Positions 25,801 through 40,060 of a DNA stretch of 64,000 nt are shown one piece after another. The translations under genes and the position numbers were made by a program. The notes under the pieces were generated by a model. That model worked only from the letters and a program-made list of their open reading frames with translations, did no database searches and was not told where the DNA came from. The DNA is taken from assembly GCF_009914755.1 (NCBI RefSeq), contig NC_060932.1. One strand, written 5' to 3'. Position 1 is the stretch's first letter, and every line of letters begins with the position of its first letter. Source of the DNA: the human T2T-CHM13v2.0 reference genome, Homo sapiens.

Positions 25801-26695
25801 TGCCTCTATCTTCAGGAAGCCATTATGCGTTTTCTTCCTCAACTTTCTATTCATTGCCTGGTAACCTAAAGATATGTACATCAAAATCCATATGTACTTG
25901 TATTTTTTGAAGCAATTGGTGGAACCGTCCTTTTTTTCTAATCAAGGTCAAATGTGCTACTCTGAATTTCTCTTAACCTTGCTTGTTAATTTAGTTTCAC
26001 TTGTGTTAAAAAAAAAAAAAACAAAAACTTCCACTGTGTTTTCCCAGGCACATCTCTATCAGTTAATTTTCCAAGTGTCTTTGATCTCTTTTACTAGACT
26101 GGATGTAACTATAGTATATTAAAAATAAGTTATTTATCCTCTCTCTTAAAACAAAAATCTTCATTTGGCCATGCTTCCTTTTCTGCCCTTTATCTCTGAT
26201 TTTCTTCAGTCCCCCCTGAATAATTTCAATTCCAATGTGCTGAAAGAGTAGACATTTGCTGTCTCTACTTGCTCATCTCTGGCTTTTGCAGTCTAAACTT
26301 TGCCTCTACTACACTTTTAAAGGGTTCTGCACAGATAGCCATTCACTTCAAATTTCCAAAGTCAGTGGCTCCTCTTTTCAGTCCTCTTCTTATTAATTTT
26401 GTTTGCTTTTATACTCTTGACCACTCTTTTTCATAACATCGTACTCCTTTGGCTTCTAGAAATCACTTATGTATCAAAAAAAATTGAACATCTATTATGA
26501 GCCAGGCACCATGCTGGTTGATACAGGCACAAGGTTGAATAATTATTTGCCCTTAAGGATTTTAGATACCTGTGGGCAAAACAGGAAAAAAAAAAAAAAG
26601 AAGAACTATAATCCCACATATTATGTGCTCACAGTTTAAGATGCCATTCAAGCTACTGTCTATGATCACCTATTTTGTGGTCACTTTTTAGAGAT

Positions 26696-27062
26696 GAGAC
26701 AGGTACCTCCACCCAAAGTTTGGTTTGAGACTGATGATGCCACAAAGGCACGAAAAGGGTATGGAAATGTTCATTAACTTACATAATTTGGCCTTCTGAT
26801 AAGAGCAGGGCAGGCTGCTTAAGCTAGTCTAAAAGTTACTTGAAAAACAAGCAAAAGAGACTAGCTTAAACTTCTTATGGTGGTTAAGGGGTGAAGCTTG
26901 AAGGAAAGTCCCTAAAGTGTTTTGAACTTTCTTGCACCAAAGGAAAAAGCTTTCTTATCAGCTTGCTCAAATGTGGGGCAGAAAGGAAAGAGAGAGATGT
27001 GAAGCTTAAATGTTGTCAGGAGTAGTCAAACTTCAAAAAATGGAGTCAAATTCTTTATTAAA
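26696..27062 (-). mobile_element. ERVL-class solo LTR (MER54/73/74-like)
   Basis: gctttcttatcagcttgctcaaatgtggggcag...aaaaaatggagtcaaattctttatta matches recalled ERVL LTR ends in antisense. Confidence 0.55.
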
Positions 27063-28789
27063 ATTGACTCAGTTAATGTTAGATGCACACATATGTTTTG
27101 CTAACATGTTATTCTTTCTTCTAATGTTATATATTCACCGTATTTTATCATAATTATTCACTTTATACTTCCAAACATACTGGCAATCTAGTAATCATTG
27201 GTGTGTTCCTGGCCCTTTAAATGTTACGTTTATTATGTATTTGTTGAAGGGATGAATGAAATGATCAATCAATCAAAATAAAAAATATTTAACGATATTA
27301 AAAACCTAGAAATCAACTAAAGAAAAGAGGTTAGCATTTTCAAGAGACCCAGAAGGTGAGTGTGATTGGAACAGCAGGAAACAGTCAAAGGCTTGAGGCA
27401 AATCTGAAAAGGTAAATAGAACTTGACTATGAAAAAGCTGCTGCCCCTATTGATCACTTTAAACCACCAGTTTTAAATCACAGTTACACTGCAGTTACCT
27501 AACTTGACTCCTAGAGAACTAATCACTACTTTCAGATAAAGTAAGCAGGCATTTCTAAGATGCCATCTGAAGATTAATGAGAAGCTTCGATTCTCCAAAT
27601 CTGTTGTCAATTTGTGACAGCTCTCAAAATTTCTACTGATAAAAACTCTCTTTCATAGTTAAAGCATTAATTCAATATGTCATCAATAAGGACAGTATAA
27701 TATGATAAAGGAAAATAAAGCTATTAACTCATCATCGCAATTTACCGTACATTATTGCGTATCAAGAACCCAGACTTGGGTAAATGGGACTTATGGAAAA
27801 GTAGACTTGGATTAATAGAAGAGTGGCCTTTATTACAGTCAATTAATATACTGTGTTAATTATCCATTTCTTCTTAACAAACTACTCTAAAACTTATTCA
27901 TCATTTCTCATGATTTTGAGGTTTACTGGATTCTGCTGCTCTTCCTGGGCTCATGTTGCTGCACTCAGCTGCTGAGTTAGCTGGGATCTGGGCTCATCTG
28001 GGACAGCAGAGATGATTGAGTCCCCTTTGTCTATGTGGTCTTTTTTGGGGGAACTTCTTCAAAAGCCTGGAAGCCACAGAATTGTGAGAGAATGAAGGTG
28101 AAGTTGCAAGGCCTCTTGAGGCCTAAGCTCAAAAACTTAAGGATGTCACTTTGACCACATTTCTTCCACCACAGGCCAGCCCAGTTTCAAGGGGGTAGAG
28201 AATTAGATTCCACCTTTGTGTGGGAGAAGCAGCAAAGCCACTTTGCAAAGGCACAGACATAAGCTTCCATTAAATGACCTTCTAGAGTTCTCTACCTTTG
28301 GTTACACAAATTATTAACATTCCTTCGATATGTAAAGTATGCTTATCCCATCCAGGACCTTCAAAGTTTCATCCCAATTACAGCACCAGGCTTTAAGTCT
28401 AGGACCTCATGATCAGCATCTGGTTGGGTATGGATGAGGCTCCTCAGATGTAGCTTCTCTTGATGATGAGATATGTGAACTAGAAACATGTATTAGTTAA
28501 TTCTCCCATTGTTCTAAAGAACTACCTGAACTACCTGTTGAACTACCTTCAACATACCTTGGTGAGACAAGAACAGAATCACCACAGTAGACACTCCCTT
28601 TAAAATATTAAGAATGGAGCAATAAGCACACCCAGCTCCTGGATTTTGGTTTCTAACACTATTACCCAAGAGAAGGAAGCAGGACTCCTTGGAGAAAAAG
28701 ATGATTCTAGGGCTGGAGCAGTCTAACCATAAAAAAAAAAAAAATAAAGAAAACCCAGGTTGAGAGACAAATACCTTTAATGTGTCCCA

Positions 28790-29165
28790 AATGCTTGGCA
28801 GATACACCTCAAAACCGTCAAGGTTATCAAATGCAAAAAAATTTAAAAAGACTAAAATATTGTCACAGACTGGAGGAGGCTAAGAGACATGATGACTAAA
28901 GGTATTGTCATATTCTACAGGGTATCCTGAAACAGAAAAAAAAAATTAGAGAAAATGTAGTGAAATTGAAATAGACTGTAGGGTTTGATTTATTGTAAGG
29001 TATCAATGTTAGTTCCTTAGTTGTGACAAATGCTTCATGATTATGTAAAATGTTAATAGAGAAACTAGATGAAGAGTCTACGTAAGGGAACTCTCTGTAT
29101 TAACTTTGCAGCTTTTCTGTAAATATAAAACTACCCTAAAATAATAATAAATTAAAAAAAGAATA
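28790..29165 (+). mobile_element. L1MC-type 3' end nested in the MaLR internal region
   Basis: ggaggctaagagacatgatgactaaa...tatcaatgttagttcct...gggaactctctgtatt...ttttctgtaaat followed by an A-rich tail. Confidence 0.7.
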
Positions 29166-30092
29166 AAAAGAGAAGCAGTCTCAATTTTGTAGCAATTCTG
29201 AAAAACAGTAGGGCACATGTCACCCATTTCCCCTTTTCTGTGGGCAAAAGAAGTTATTTGGTTAAAGCCCAGTTCTACAACCTGGGAGTGATTCGTGCTT
29301 CCATTGTTACTGGATCTTGTAACAAATAACAGATCTTGGATCTGGCTACACTGTCTGGTCTTTTGGTTCTGTTCTCTAAAGACATCTTCACTTTTTGGTC
29401 AGAAATAGCTGGTCTTTGCAGCTGCGCCTCAGTCTGCTTCTTTTTCATAGAAAGTTCAGACTCAGAGGCCTTTTTTTTCCCCGTTTCTCTTTTTTTGACC
29501 CAAAGAGGCAGTGCCTGTCAGAACCATCCTCTGAAAATTGTTGCAAATTTTACTGAAGTTGATGCCATGCCCTAAAGTGGCATCCACAATTCTTTTTAGG
29601 ACTGTTCTGTGTCTACTTTGGGCATATAAAACTGCTGTTAGCCAACATACTTTTGATTCTTAGAAGCTTTTTTTGACTCTTAAGAGTGGTGAGATCAAAA
29701 GGCTACTAGCCAGACACCACTTTTAAGTCTTTCTCAGATTTTAAAGGGGTTTATAACAACATAGTTAAATAGGTACTTATGATAAATGATCTTTCCTAAG
29801 ATCATTTATCACACTGGGAATATTCTACAGGACAGACATGTGAATGAATTTTATCTTTCAGCACAGCAATTTCTAGCTCGTCTATATTTCTTCTAAATTC
29901 TGCTTTCAAACTGAACAGTTCTCTCTTCAGCTCATCTCTCTCCTCTCAACTTAGCAGATGCAGCTTAAAAAGCACCTTCAACACTGCCTGGCACTCTCCT
30001 TACAGATCCACACATTCATTTTCTGTATTTCAAATTGCCGCAGGCTATATTTTCTTTGTTGTTCTGCCACCACATAACTGAGTTGCTTTTCT

Positions 30093-30391
<299 letters not shown>

Positions 30392-32832
30392 ATAACTGAG
30401 TTGCTTTTCTGGTTGTCTGCAATAGCACTTCTTCACTGCTCTTCCAGCCTCTGCTTGCTGCCCAATAGCAAAACTAATGCCACATTGTTTCTAGTTTTTA
30501 TGTCAGCCCCCCACACCAATACCAGTTTCTGTATCACTTATCTATGGCTATGTAATAAACCACCCCAAAACTTAGTAGCTTTAAAATTGGCAATGTATTA
30601 TCTTTCAGAATTCTGTAGTTTGGCCGACTTGATCTTCCGTAATCTCACTCGTGCACATTCTTGTAGCTACATGCAGCTGAAGCATTGGCTAGAGATGGGC
30701 TCAGCTGTAATGGTGAAGGTTGCTGGAACTTTCTCTCCATGTGACATTTTATCTTAGGTTTTTCACCATAATGGAGAAGCTGGAAAGCATTTTGAGGCCC
30801 ACCGTCTGGCACTCATGAATGTCATTTCTGCCACATTCTATTGATCAAACCAAGTTACACACCAGCCCAGTTATTTAAGGGGACACAGGGATGGACTTCT
30901 CTGGATGGGAAGAATTGCAAAGTTGCAGTTAAAGGAACATGCTTATTAGAATGGGAGGAGTTTGTGGCCATTAACCTACTGCATATCCACGGTTAGGAGG
31001 AAAAATTCTTTCAGTTAGGAGCAGGTTTAGCTCTAAGTAAAAGTCCCTCTCTCTACTGCCCCAGAAAAAAAATGACTTAAACAAGATGGGTCTTTATTTC
31101 TCCTTCATGAAAGTATCTGGTCCAGAGCAGCAGCTCTTCCCTGAGAAAGTCACATGGCTTGGTCCCAAACTTCAGTTAGATTTCTTCTGTCACTCTGCTA
31201 GAGAACGCTTAATAGACAATCTTATATCCAGAATCATATCCAGACTCTCTTTATCCATTTTCCTGATGCTTTCATAATGGTTATTCAATGTGATATTATT
31301 AATGACATAATCATTCTATATGTCTCTATCTAATCTATCTACCTACCTCTCCATTCATTATCTATCTAACACCTCTGTATCTTTATCATGGATCTTTCCT
31401 ATCAAAATGCAAGTTCTATGAAGGCAGATCCGCTATGTGCAATGCTTTATTGTCAGTTCCTAAAATAGCTGTTCCTGGAACATAGCAGTTTGTCCTTCAT
31501 GCCTGTTAAATGGATGAAAGCTATAAATATAGATAAAGTCTTCATATACAGATATATCTCAGCAACCCAAACATCAACTTCTTATTTCAGCCATTTGCAG
31601 CCCCTGACTTCAATTCAGAGTTGGGTGAAGCAGGTGCTGACACAAAACTGGAGGGAGGGAAGTGTAAGTGAAGGAGCTTGCTCACTGCCCGGAAGTGTCT
31701 TTTCCTGCCTTCTTTCTCTACCTGATAACTTCCACTTCCCAATCTATGACCTAAACAATTAGTTGTCTCTGCCCTATCTCACGGATTTCTTAGCAAAATT
31801 ATTTGTCCAGGATATCTATACTGCATCCCACTCCTTTTATGATACTTAATTAAAAGATATATTAAAGAAAAACAATTTTAAAAAGGGAAACAGCTTATTC
31901 AAGGCATTGTTAAATTAGCAATTTAATTTGACTAGAGACAATTATCTCCTTCACCTTAACCAACTCCAAGAGAAGGCAAAATAAATATTGAAAGTCATAA
32001 GTAATTGAAAATATAACAAAATGAACATATTTCTAGGTTATTAGGTAATGTGATTGATACATTTTATAGCAAAATACGTAAAATATTTAAAAGTAAAATA
32101 TAATAAATTATCATTCTTGGTTATTTACTGTGTGTCAGCACTATTTTAAGTGCTTTTCTAGTTGTATAATTTTATGCTTAAAGCCACTAAATAGGTAGAA
32201 AGTATAACTCTTAGTTTGTCTTAAACATTGCTTAAGATGTCCAAGCATCTAGGCACACTTTTTTTAACATTGCAGGAAAATCCACATTTTCTTTTCTATA
32301 TGTATCTCTATATATACCTACCTATTCTGTAGGCAAAATAGTTGAATGTATAAACAATTTTACTAAAGCAAAATAGTGTGTGCTTTTTCCCATCCATATA
32401 ACTGGTTTATATCTGAGGCCAATTACTAAAAGTCATGATTCGTAAGGCTAGAAATAATTGGGTTTCAAAGCACAATGGCAAATATAGAGAGAAAAATCTT
32501 GGATCATCAGAGGATTCTTAATCATAATCTGTTTAAGAATTTCTTCTTCACACTTTTCCCATAGCAATGAAATTAGAACAGGGTGAGATTTTTATTCCCT
32601 AAGCTTGTGTACAGTGAGAGCTCTATATCTAGGGGGAGGGCTTTGCCTTTTATTTTCTTAATCTACTTGGCTGTAAATTGCAGAGCTGCTAAACTGAAGG
32701 TAGCTGATAGATGCTTGAGAAAAGTAGTACTGAAGCTGCACAAAAGGATGTGCATTGGCCAAGATCATGATGGATTCCTAAAAAACTAGTCCCAAGAAGT
32801 CTATATCAAACTGATATTAAGAATCTATTAAG

Positions 32833-33133
32833 GGCCGGGCACGGTGGCTCATGCATGTAATCCCAGCACTTTGGGAGGGCGAGGCTGGCAGATCCCTTGA
32901 GGTCTGGAGTTTGAGACCAGCCTGGCCAACATGGTGAAACCTCATCTCTACTAAAAATACAAAAATTAGCCAGGAGTGATGGCACAGGCCTGTAGTCCCA
33001 GCTACTCAGGAGACTTAGGCAGAAGAATCACTTTAACCCAGGAGGCAGAGATTGCAGTGAGCCGGTATTGAGCCATTGCACTCCAGCCTGGGCAACAGAG
33101 TGAGACTCTGTCTTAAAAAAAATTAAATAAATA
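32833..33133 (+). mobile_element. AluS-type, full length
   Basis: ggccgggcacggtggctca...gagactctgtct plus A tail. Confidence 0.93.
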
Positions 33134-33319
33134 TCGGATCTGTAAAGTGGGAGTATAATGGTTCTAATCACAGCTCTGAAGTCCTACTAAATTGGTTTTG
33201 GATCTTACCTTAGGCATTTCCTACCTGTATGGCTAAGAGCCCATTGACCTCAGAAAACTCATGGGAGGATTATTTGTTAAATAAGAGAATTGATGCAAGG
33301 CACTTAGCGCATTCTTTTG

Positions 33320-33880
33320 TTTAATAAATATTTATTGAGTACCTACTACTTTTCTATGTGCTTAGTATAGATAACTAAATGAAAAGGAACTGGAAACTGG
33401 CATTTGATGTTTTAATATAAAAATGGAGAGACAAAACAAAGTAAATAGACATGCAAATAAATGCTTACCAATTGAGAAAGTGCCCTGAAGAAATAAGCAA
33501 GGTACCACCATGGTAGAGAATAACACAGCCAATAGGAGAGTAGAGGAGAGACTGGGTGAGACAGTTGGGAACTAACTCTGGGTAAGCTGCTCAGGAAGCC
33601 TTCTTGGAGCAGGAAGTTTAAAAGTGAGACACTATGGATAAGAGGAAGACACCCAAACAAAAAAGCCATGTTAGGGTAGAGGAAGCAGGCATGAGAGGAC
33701 TCCAAGAGAGGAAATTTCATGCACAAAATTTCAGAAGCAGGAAAGAACTCAGGTGTTCAAATGCTGAAAGGACCACAGCATGGCTTGGGGACAGTGAGTA
33801 CTACAGGGGAACAGAAGGGTGAGAACAGGGATTGGTACAGAGGAACCATTTACAAAAGGCAGTGGCTTTTATTCTGGTTA
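33320..33880 (-). mobile_element. L2 fragment
   Basis: ataaatatttattgagtacctact...aagtgccctgaagaaataa...caggaagccttcttggag. Confidence 0.55.
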
Positions 33881-36097
33881 TTTATATGAGGAAGAGATGA
33901 GATGAGGTAATATGTAAAAAATTTAATATAGTGCTTGAAACATAGTAGATGTCAACCAATAGTATCTCCTATTATTTTTATTGTTATTTTAGCAGTACTA
34001 GTGGCACTGCTATTTTTTGAAAAGCAGATCACACTTCAGGTGCCTCCTGTTAGTGCTCTGTTCCATCTTTGTTTCTGTCACAGTCTTCAGGACTCTCCCT
34101 GTTGCTTTTATTCTTACTTTCAGAGCACAAATATTCAGCTGTTGTATTCTCTAGATATTCCACCCATGACTAGTGGTTCATCTGGAATACTTGTATCTTG
34201 AATATATTTACTTCATTTACTTCAAAGCTTTCTGATCCTTTTATTTACTAAAACATTTTTTAAAAGAGAAATGTTTAAACAAAATAATTTAAAAATTGGG
34301 TCAGTTCACTAAAATACTCCACATTTGGTATCAAGAGCAATAATTTTTACTACGATTATCTAGAAGAACATCGGAGTCTTGCCCTAGTGAGTGGGGTCTG
34401 GGAACCGCCCCCACAAATGTGTCTGCCCCTCTCCAGCCACTGGGAGGCGTTACTCTCCCCAAATGATCATGAATGATTGATTTGAGATTCTGGACTCTCA
34501 GAGCTTCTTCAGAAGTGAACAAAAGACAGTCATGCTCTGAGTCTTGGTGGCATTTAGTCAGCTCTTTAATGTGATTCTAATGGTTTGTGTGTGTGAGAGA
34601 GAATTAACAGTAAATTCATTATGAAAACCCATTTACCACAGGGTTGACACCAGCAAAACCCTGAGGCAGCTCAGGGAATTCTGGGACACAACATCTGTTT
34701 CAGTGAACATAACTCAGACATTCCAAATCGGTGCTCGCTCATCGGTGCTTAATAGCTTCTTGCACAGTTCCTTTTCTCCTCGGGACATACACATTCAGAC
34801 ACAGAAAACCATAAAGGCCAAATGTCTTCTTTAATCCTCCCAGGCTTAGCTAGCTAAAAGGAAACTGTCAAAAGCCATAGCAACTGCCTATGTGAAAAGA
34901 AAGCAGAAATAATAATAATAATAAGAGTGGGAACGAATAGAAGTAAAGCTAATTTGCTGATTTAATTCATTCAAGAGTCTCTTTTTCTCTCTTTTACTGC
35001 TTTTGTGTGAGATTTTCATGTATATTTCAAATAGTATGTATAATTCTAACTACCTACTTTGTTATGATTTACTGTTAATAACTTAGCTGAAGTGCAAATG
35101 GCCTCACATGCTAATTGGGTGTGCTTCCTGTGACATATGCAAACTGACTTAGAAAGTAACATATGCTGTTATTACTCATAATAGATCAGCTTTGTCTGAA
35201 ATATTTGTGCCCGAAATTACCATTTGGCATCTCTTCAAATTCAAATCCACCTTCTGCCCTGACATGGAATTCAAGGATTTGTTTTCTGTTTTATATATTT
35301 TGGAGAGGCGCTTTCACGCTACAATAAGGAGTGTTCAGTGTTTACATTATAATGACTATTTATGGGGGTTTAATATGTTGCTTGTTGCAAATCACATCCG
35401 ACGGAAACTTGGCAAAGTGGCACAGAGATGTGGGACCACATTCAAGTATATTTAACATCGTATCAAGCAGTTAATCTTTTGAAAATCTATGGTGTTAAAT
35501 GGTATTTAGCATAATCCTACAAACTCTTTAATTTTTTGCTTTGTAGAAGTTTAAAATTATGTTATCTTGTACCTTTGCAGAAACAAACAAACAAACAAAA
35601 CTATATTTTCTGGTTGTTAACAACTTACAAGTCTCAGGCGATGGGAGAACCTAAAATCAACCTACTTATTTTAGAACTGCTAATACTTTGTATGTTGTTA
35701 CTAGATTTTTGTATTTTTGTGTTATCTCTCAGCATGTCCTCCTGTGGCTGAGTAGAAGATGGAGGCGGGAATATCTGTAAAAAATATATGTAGATGCTAA
35801 AGAGTAACATGACACCCCAAATGAAATGCTTGGTTTGTATCACATAATTTTATTCCAGTTTGAAATATTGCACTAAATTGTAAAAGCTTATTAGCTAGAT
35901 AATTCTGGATAGGTGGGAAGGGAAGAAGTAGTTTCTTCACCATTTTGGAAACTTCAATTTGTAAAGTGGAATGTTGTAGATTTTGGAGAGAATTCAGGTC
36001 ATTGAATCAAAATCAGAATCAGAGTATGTGAATAACAGCATCTTCAGTTACTGTTTAACTTCAAAGGAAGATTATTTTTCTTCATTGACATTAACCT

Positions 36098-36536
36098 CGT
36101 TAGGGGAAGCAGCTGGACATGGGCCCTGAGCATCCCTGCATGTTCTTGCCATGTGTGTAAACTGCAAGCTGTATTCATCTCCTGATAGTACGTAATCTTC
36201 ATAGTCACAAAGACCCCTAAGCAAGTCAGGGTTACCACAGCGTCACTGCAATGTAACTGCTCACTGCCTAGTGAAGAGGGACTGGTTTGTTTGCTGTTAA
36301 TTCAGTAACTACTGGACCCCTGGCTCTGGGTTCCTCAGCTGCAGTACAACCCACTGTGTGTGTGGCATCCATCTGGGCCCATGGGGTTTGGAGACAGGAA
36401 TCTGGACCACTGTGCTGATGTCCCTGCTGTTGGCTGTGCTATGAGTAATAAACTGTCTTGTCTACTTTGGGCATTTATGCAACGGTTGTAACTTATTTCT
36501 TTTCTTCCTCTATGAGGTTCACGTTGTTCCCTGACA
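36098..36536 (+). mobile_element. LTR40-like ERVL solo LTR
   Basis: gggccctgagcatccctgcatgttcttg...ttcctcagctg...catccatctgggccc...gagtaataaa...ccctgaca. Confidence 0.6.
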
Positions 36537-36759
36537 AATATATTTGGAAAGATCCTCTAAAAAGTTAACTTTTATCCTAATTATTTTAAAACTGTATATT
36601 GGCAAACAAAATATAATACACAATAGAAGGTATTTTACATAGATAACAGTATAGACACTACCTTTATTTGTAAAAAATCATTGTCTAAATCTTATTTGAG
36701 CAAGTTAAAAATATCTTCCAGTTACTGGCAAGTATTAAATACATTTTTTCCATTTATTG

Positions 36760-36900
36760 TCTCAATAGCCTTATGAGGTCAGTATTATTATGCCATTTTT
36801 ACACATGAAGAAAGTTACACTGAGCTGGTTCAATAATCTGCCCATGTCAGATGACTTCTGAACTGAGGTCTGTCTGATTCTCAGTCCAGTGCTTCCAATG
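36760..36900 (-). mobile_element. MIR
   Basis: ccttatgaggtcagtattattatgccatttttacacatgaagaa...gtctgtctgattc. Confidence 0.6.
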
Positions 36901-37974
36901 TCTAAATTCAGCCACCTTAAGACCAATGACTGCTTTAAATATCTTATGATTGGCTTTATTTCCTGATATAAATTTTGTGTACTAAAACATTTATTCTTGG
37001 AAGTATAGTCTTCTCTCCTGAGGTATGACTCCTCTACCCTTTTCATTCCACCACATTATCTGTCTGAAATCATCAGTCATACATTTGGGATAAAAATCAG
37101 GATTTTAAGTCATAACTTGAACATAGCTTGAATGTTGTGAGACTTGTGCTATATCTAATAAATAAGATGCTTCAAGTAAACTTGATTGTTCCTACCAGTG
37201 AATAACCTGATAACTCCAGAAAAGGTTGAAATTATTTCAAATAAACTGATTCATGGTGTCTTTGATTTGCTTCACTTTTTTATACAATAGAATGTAGTTT
37301 GTCACAATCCTTGACGCTGTAGATAAATGAGTAGAATCTAGGCTAAATGAAGAACCAGATGGCCTGAGATGGAAGAAATGCAGTAGTCCTGTTGAGCCTA
37401 TTTGATATGTTATGTTTAGAGTTTTTGAGTTTTAATGCTGCTGGCTGGCTCGACAACAATAAAATCACTACAGTAAATAAAGAAAACCAGGTGGTTCTAC
37501 AAAATCATTCTGATTAAATTCATGAAACTTTACTTACCATCAAATCTTCTAAATATATGCAAATGATTAATATGTGAATGAACATCTATTGGGGCTCTGT
37601 TATATTTAGGCTACAAATTTACAGAAAAACAAAAACCAGGTACTAAAATGTACTGTGGGAAAAAGCAATGGTGGATTCCTCTGAACCAATAAGGATATTT
37701 TCAGATTGGTTTTGGAGAATCTCTAATTTCTGTGCTGAAAACAGGAAAGTTCTGAGCACTTCAATTACAAGTTACTGCCTAAAATAGGAAGTAGGAGTTT
37801 TAATGATATGAGATAAATTCTGACTGTGCACACAGTGGTACCCCGGGCCAGCCTGGTTGATTGAATTTACTGAGCTCAGTAAGTGAATACTTTCCCTTAC
37901 AATTTGAGTAAGGGAAAAGCAGGTCTAGGCTCTTTGAGATCTGGAGCTTAGACTATTGAGAATACCCTCTTTAA

Positions 37975-39100
37975 GTCAGAAAGAGATTATGAAATTATGT
38001 AGCAAAATAAATATTTAGAATGAAGAAAATGTTAAATAAATTATATTTCAAAAAGCTGACAAGTATCACAAATGCCCCCAAATTCAGAAAAATAATTATT
38101 TTTAATGAATTAACTTCTAGATTCACTTCCATACTATTTTTAGAAACATGTTTTTTTTCCCTGCATACTCTTTGTTCACTTCTTCATATAACAATTATAT
38201 AACATTTGTTAAAAGGAAAATTAAAAAAAACTATTTCCTTTAGCATGGCTGTATAAATTTGTATTTTTTATTGGTAATTTTGAAAATCTTTTAGATTCCT
38301 AATTTGGCATTTGTAATATCATATGAACACTTAAGATGCTTGTCAAAATTGTGAAAACCTCCATTAAAATTTCTTCCATGTAATTAGCTTGGCTATTTCA
38401 GAGCATTTCAAGTTTTCTTGTGCAATGACTGCTCTTCAATGATCTTTGAATTGACAAATGGTATTAACCAGTTTGTCAATGTCTTTGGTGTAGTAATTAT
38501 TTTATCATCATTGTCTCTATTCATGTTTGGCAAATTAACAGGTAATTTAAATCCTTTTTTTCCAGTGTTTTAATGTGACTTGCTCTTTTTCATAAATGGG
38601 ATTCTCAAACAAACCAAATACCTATTCATGATTTCCATTTTGAAATAATCTTTTTGTATAAGGAATTACTGCTTTTGATAGTATGTAAGTTTTTGTTTTG
38701 CTACAATTTATTTCTCATTGCAGCATAATTTCTTCTTGATTTCCTTGCCTATATTTTTGACTCCATTAACTTTTATCTGTTTTAAAAATTTGATTAATAT
38801 ATAAATCTTGAAAGAGATGAAATATAAAGCCAAATAAGCTATCTATAATTTCTATTTGTTTTATTGAAACTTTCCAAAACACCCTTCCAAATTTTACATA
38901 ATATGGCACATTTTCAACTTAGGCTCCTTCGCCAGATCCCAAAAGATAGCCAGACCTTTGCTAAAGCCAAGCACTGAAGATGAAGCATGATGGAAGAGTA
39001 GTAGGTCTAGAAGGAGACACCAGTCTTAATCGACTGAGGTTAAAATGTCTTACTTTTATAAATCTTAAAAAAAGAAATGTTCTGTCATGTGAACACATTG
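37975..39100 (-). mobile_element. Arthur1/MER69-like hAT-Tip100 transposon, larger fragment
   Basis: cagtcttaatcgactgaggttaaaatgtcttacttttataaat...catgtgaacacattg is the reverse complement of the recalled Arthur1 5' region. The left boundary is uncertain. Confidence 0.55.
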
Positions 39101-39697
39101 TTGAAATCTTTCTCTGGGACTTTGAAAAGACTCAGGTAGGTGAGGGACTCTGAGGCTTAAGCTTTCATTGTTTTCTGGAAAAAGCTCTGCTGCCAACCAG
39201 ATGACACATCGATCCCTGAACACTACCAGGAGCAGGTGAGCTCTGAAGCTGTAGTGTAGATGGCATCCATGGTAAAGCATTCCAGAAACCTTTCCTTGCA
39301 GGGTGCAAAACAAGGGCTAGGAAAGGTAAGGTGGGCCATTTCATCAAGAACTGATTCAGATGTGAAGGCTGACAAGAGTGACAACTAGTGCTCCTCTGAA
39401 TATTGCATTCTCTTCTGTTCATTACTAAAGAAACAAATCAACAGTGCAAAGAAATAAAAAAGGAAGTAAATGGACGTTGCTTCCCAATACTTCTCTATTT
39501 TCTTACTGAGGCAGCCTAAAGTTCATTTCTGAAAGTAGTCTCAAAATTGTATAACTCTTGAGATTGGAGGGCTAGAAGCCTCTAATCTTTCCTAGGTTAC
39601 ACCAGGGAGGTCCATTGCTACACTGGGACTGCTCCACTTCTGGCCATGTTGTACCACAAAGAGAGAAGGGGCCAGAGATAAGGCTTCTGACATGGAA

Positions 39698-39807
39698 AGA
39701 GTGGCCAACACTCCCGGTTTTTGTGAGAATAAGAGGTTTCCCAGGATGCATGTCTCAGTTAAAAACTGTCAGAGACCCAGGAGAACTGGGTTGATAGTTT
39801 ACCCTAA
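39698..39807. mobile_element. MER94-like hAT-Blackjack MITE
   Basis: agagtggccaacactcccggttt...gaggtttcccaggatg...tagtttacccta, with degenerate terminal inverted repeats. Confidence 0.55.
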
Positions 39808-39859
39808 ATCAGAGAAGCCAATTCCCTCAATGGAGACCTATATCACAATATTTCCTATA

Positions 39860-40060
39860 GGTGAGAAAATAGACTTTGGGTAAGCTAAACTGAGTTTCTA
39901 GTCATAGACCATGAGCAAATGGCTTAATCTTTCTGAGTCTCATTTTCCTCATTTGTAAACTAGAGATGACAATGCTCATATCATATAATTTCTGTAAGGA
40001 ATAAATTACCTGCTAAATTTAAAGATCCAAGTATATAGTCTGATATGTAACAGGAGTTCA
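39860..40060 (+). mobile_element. MIR
   Basis: gaccatgagcaaatggcttaatctttctgagtctcattttcctcatttgtaaa. Confidence 0.65.
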
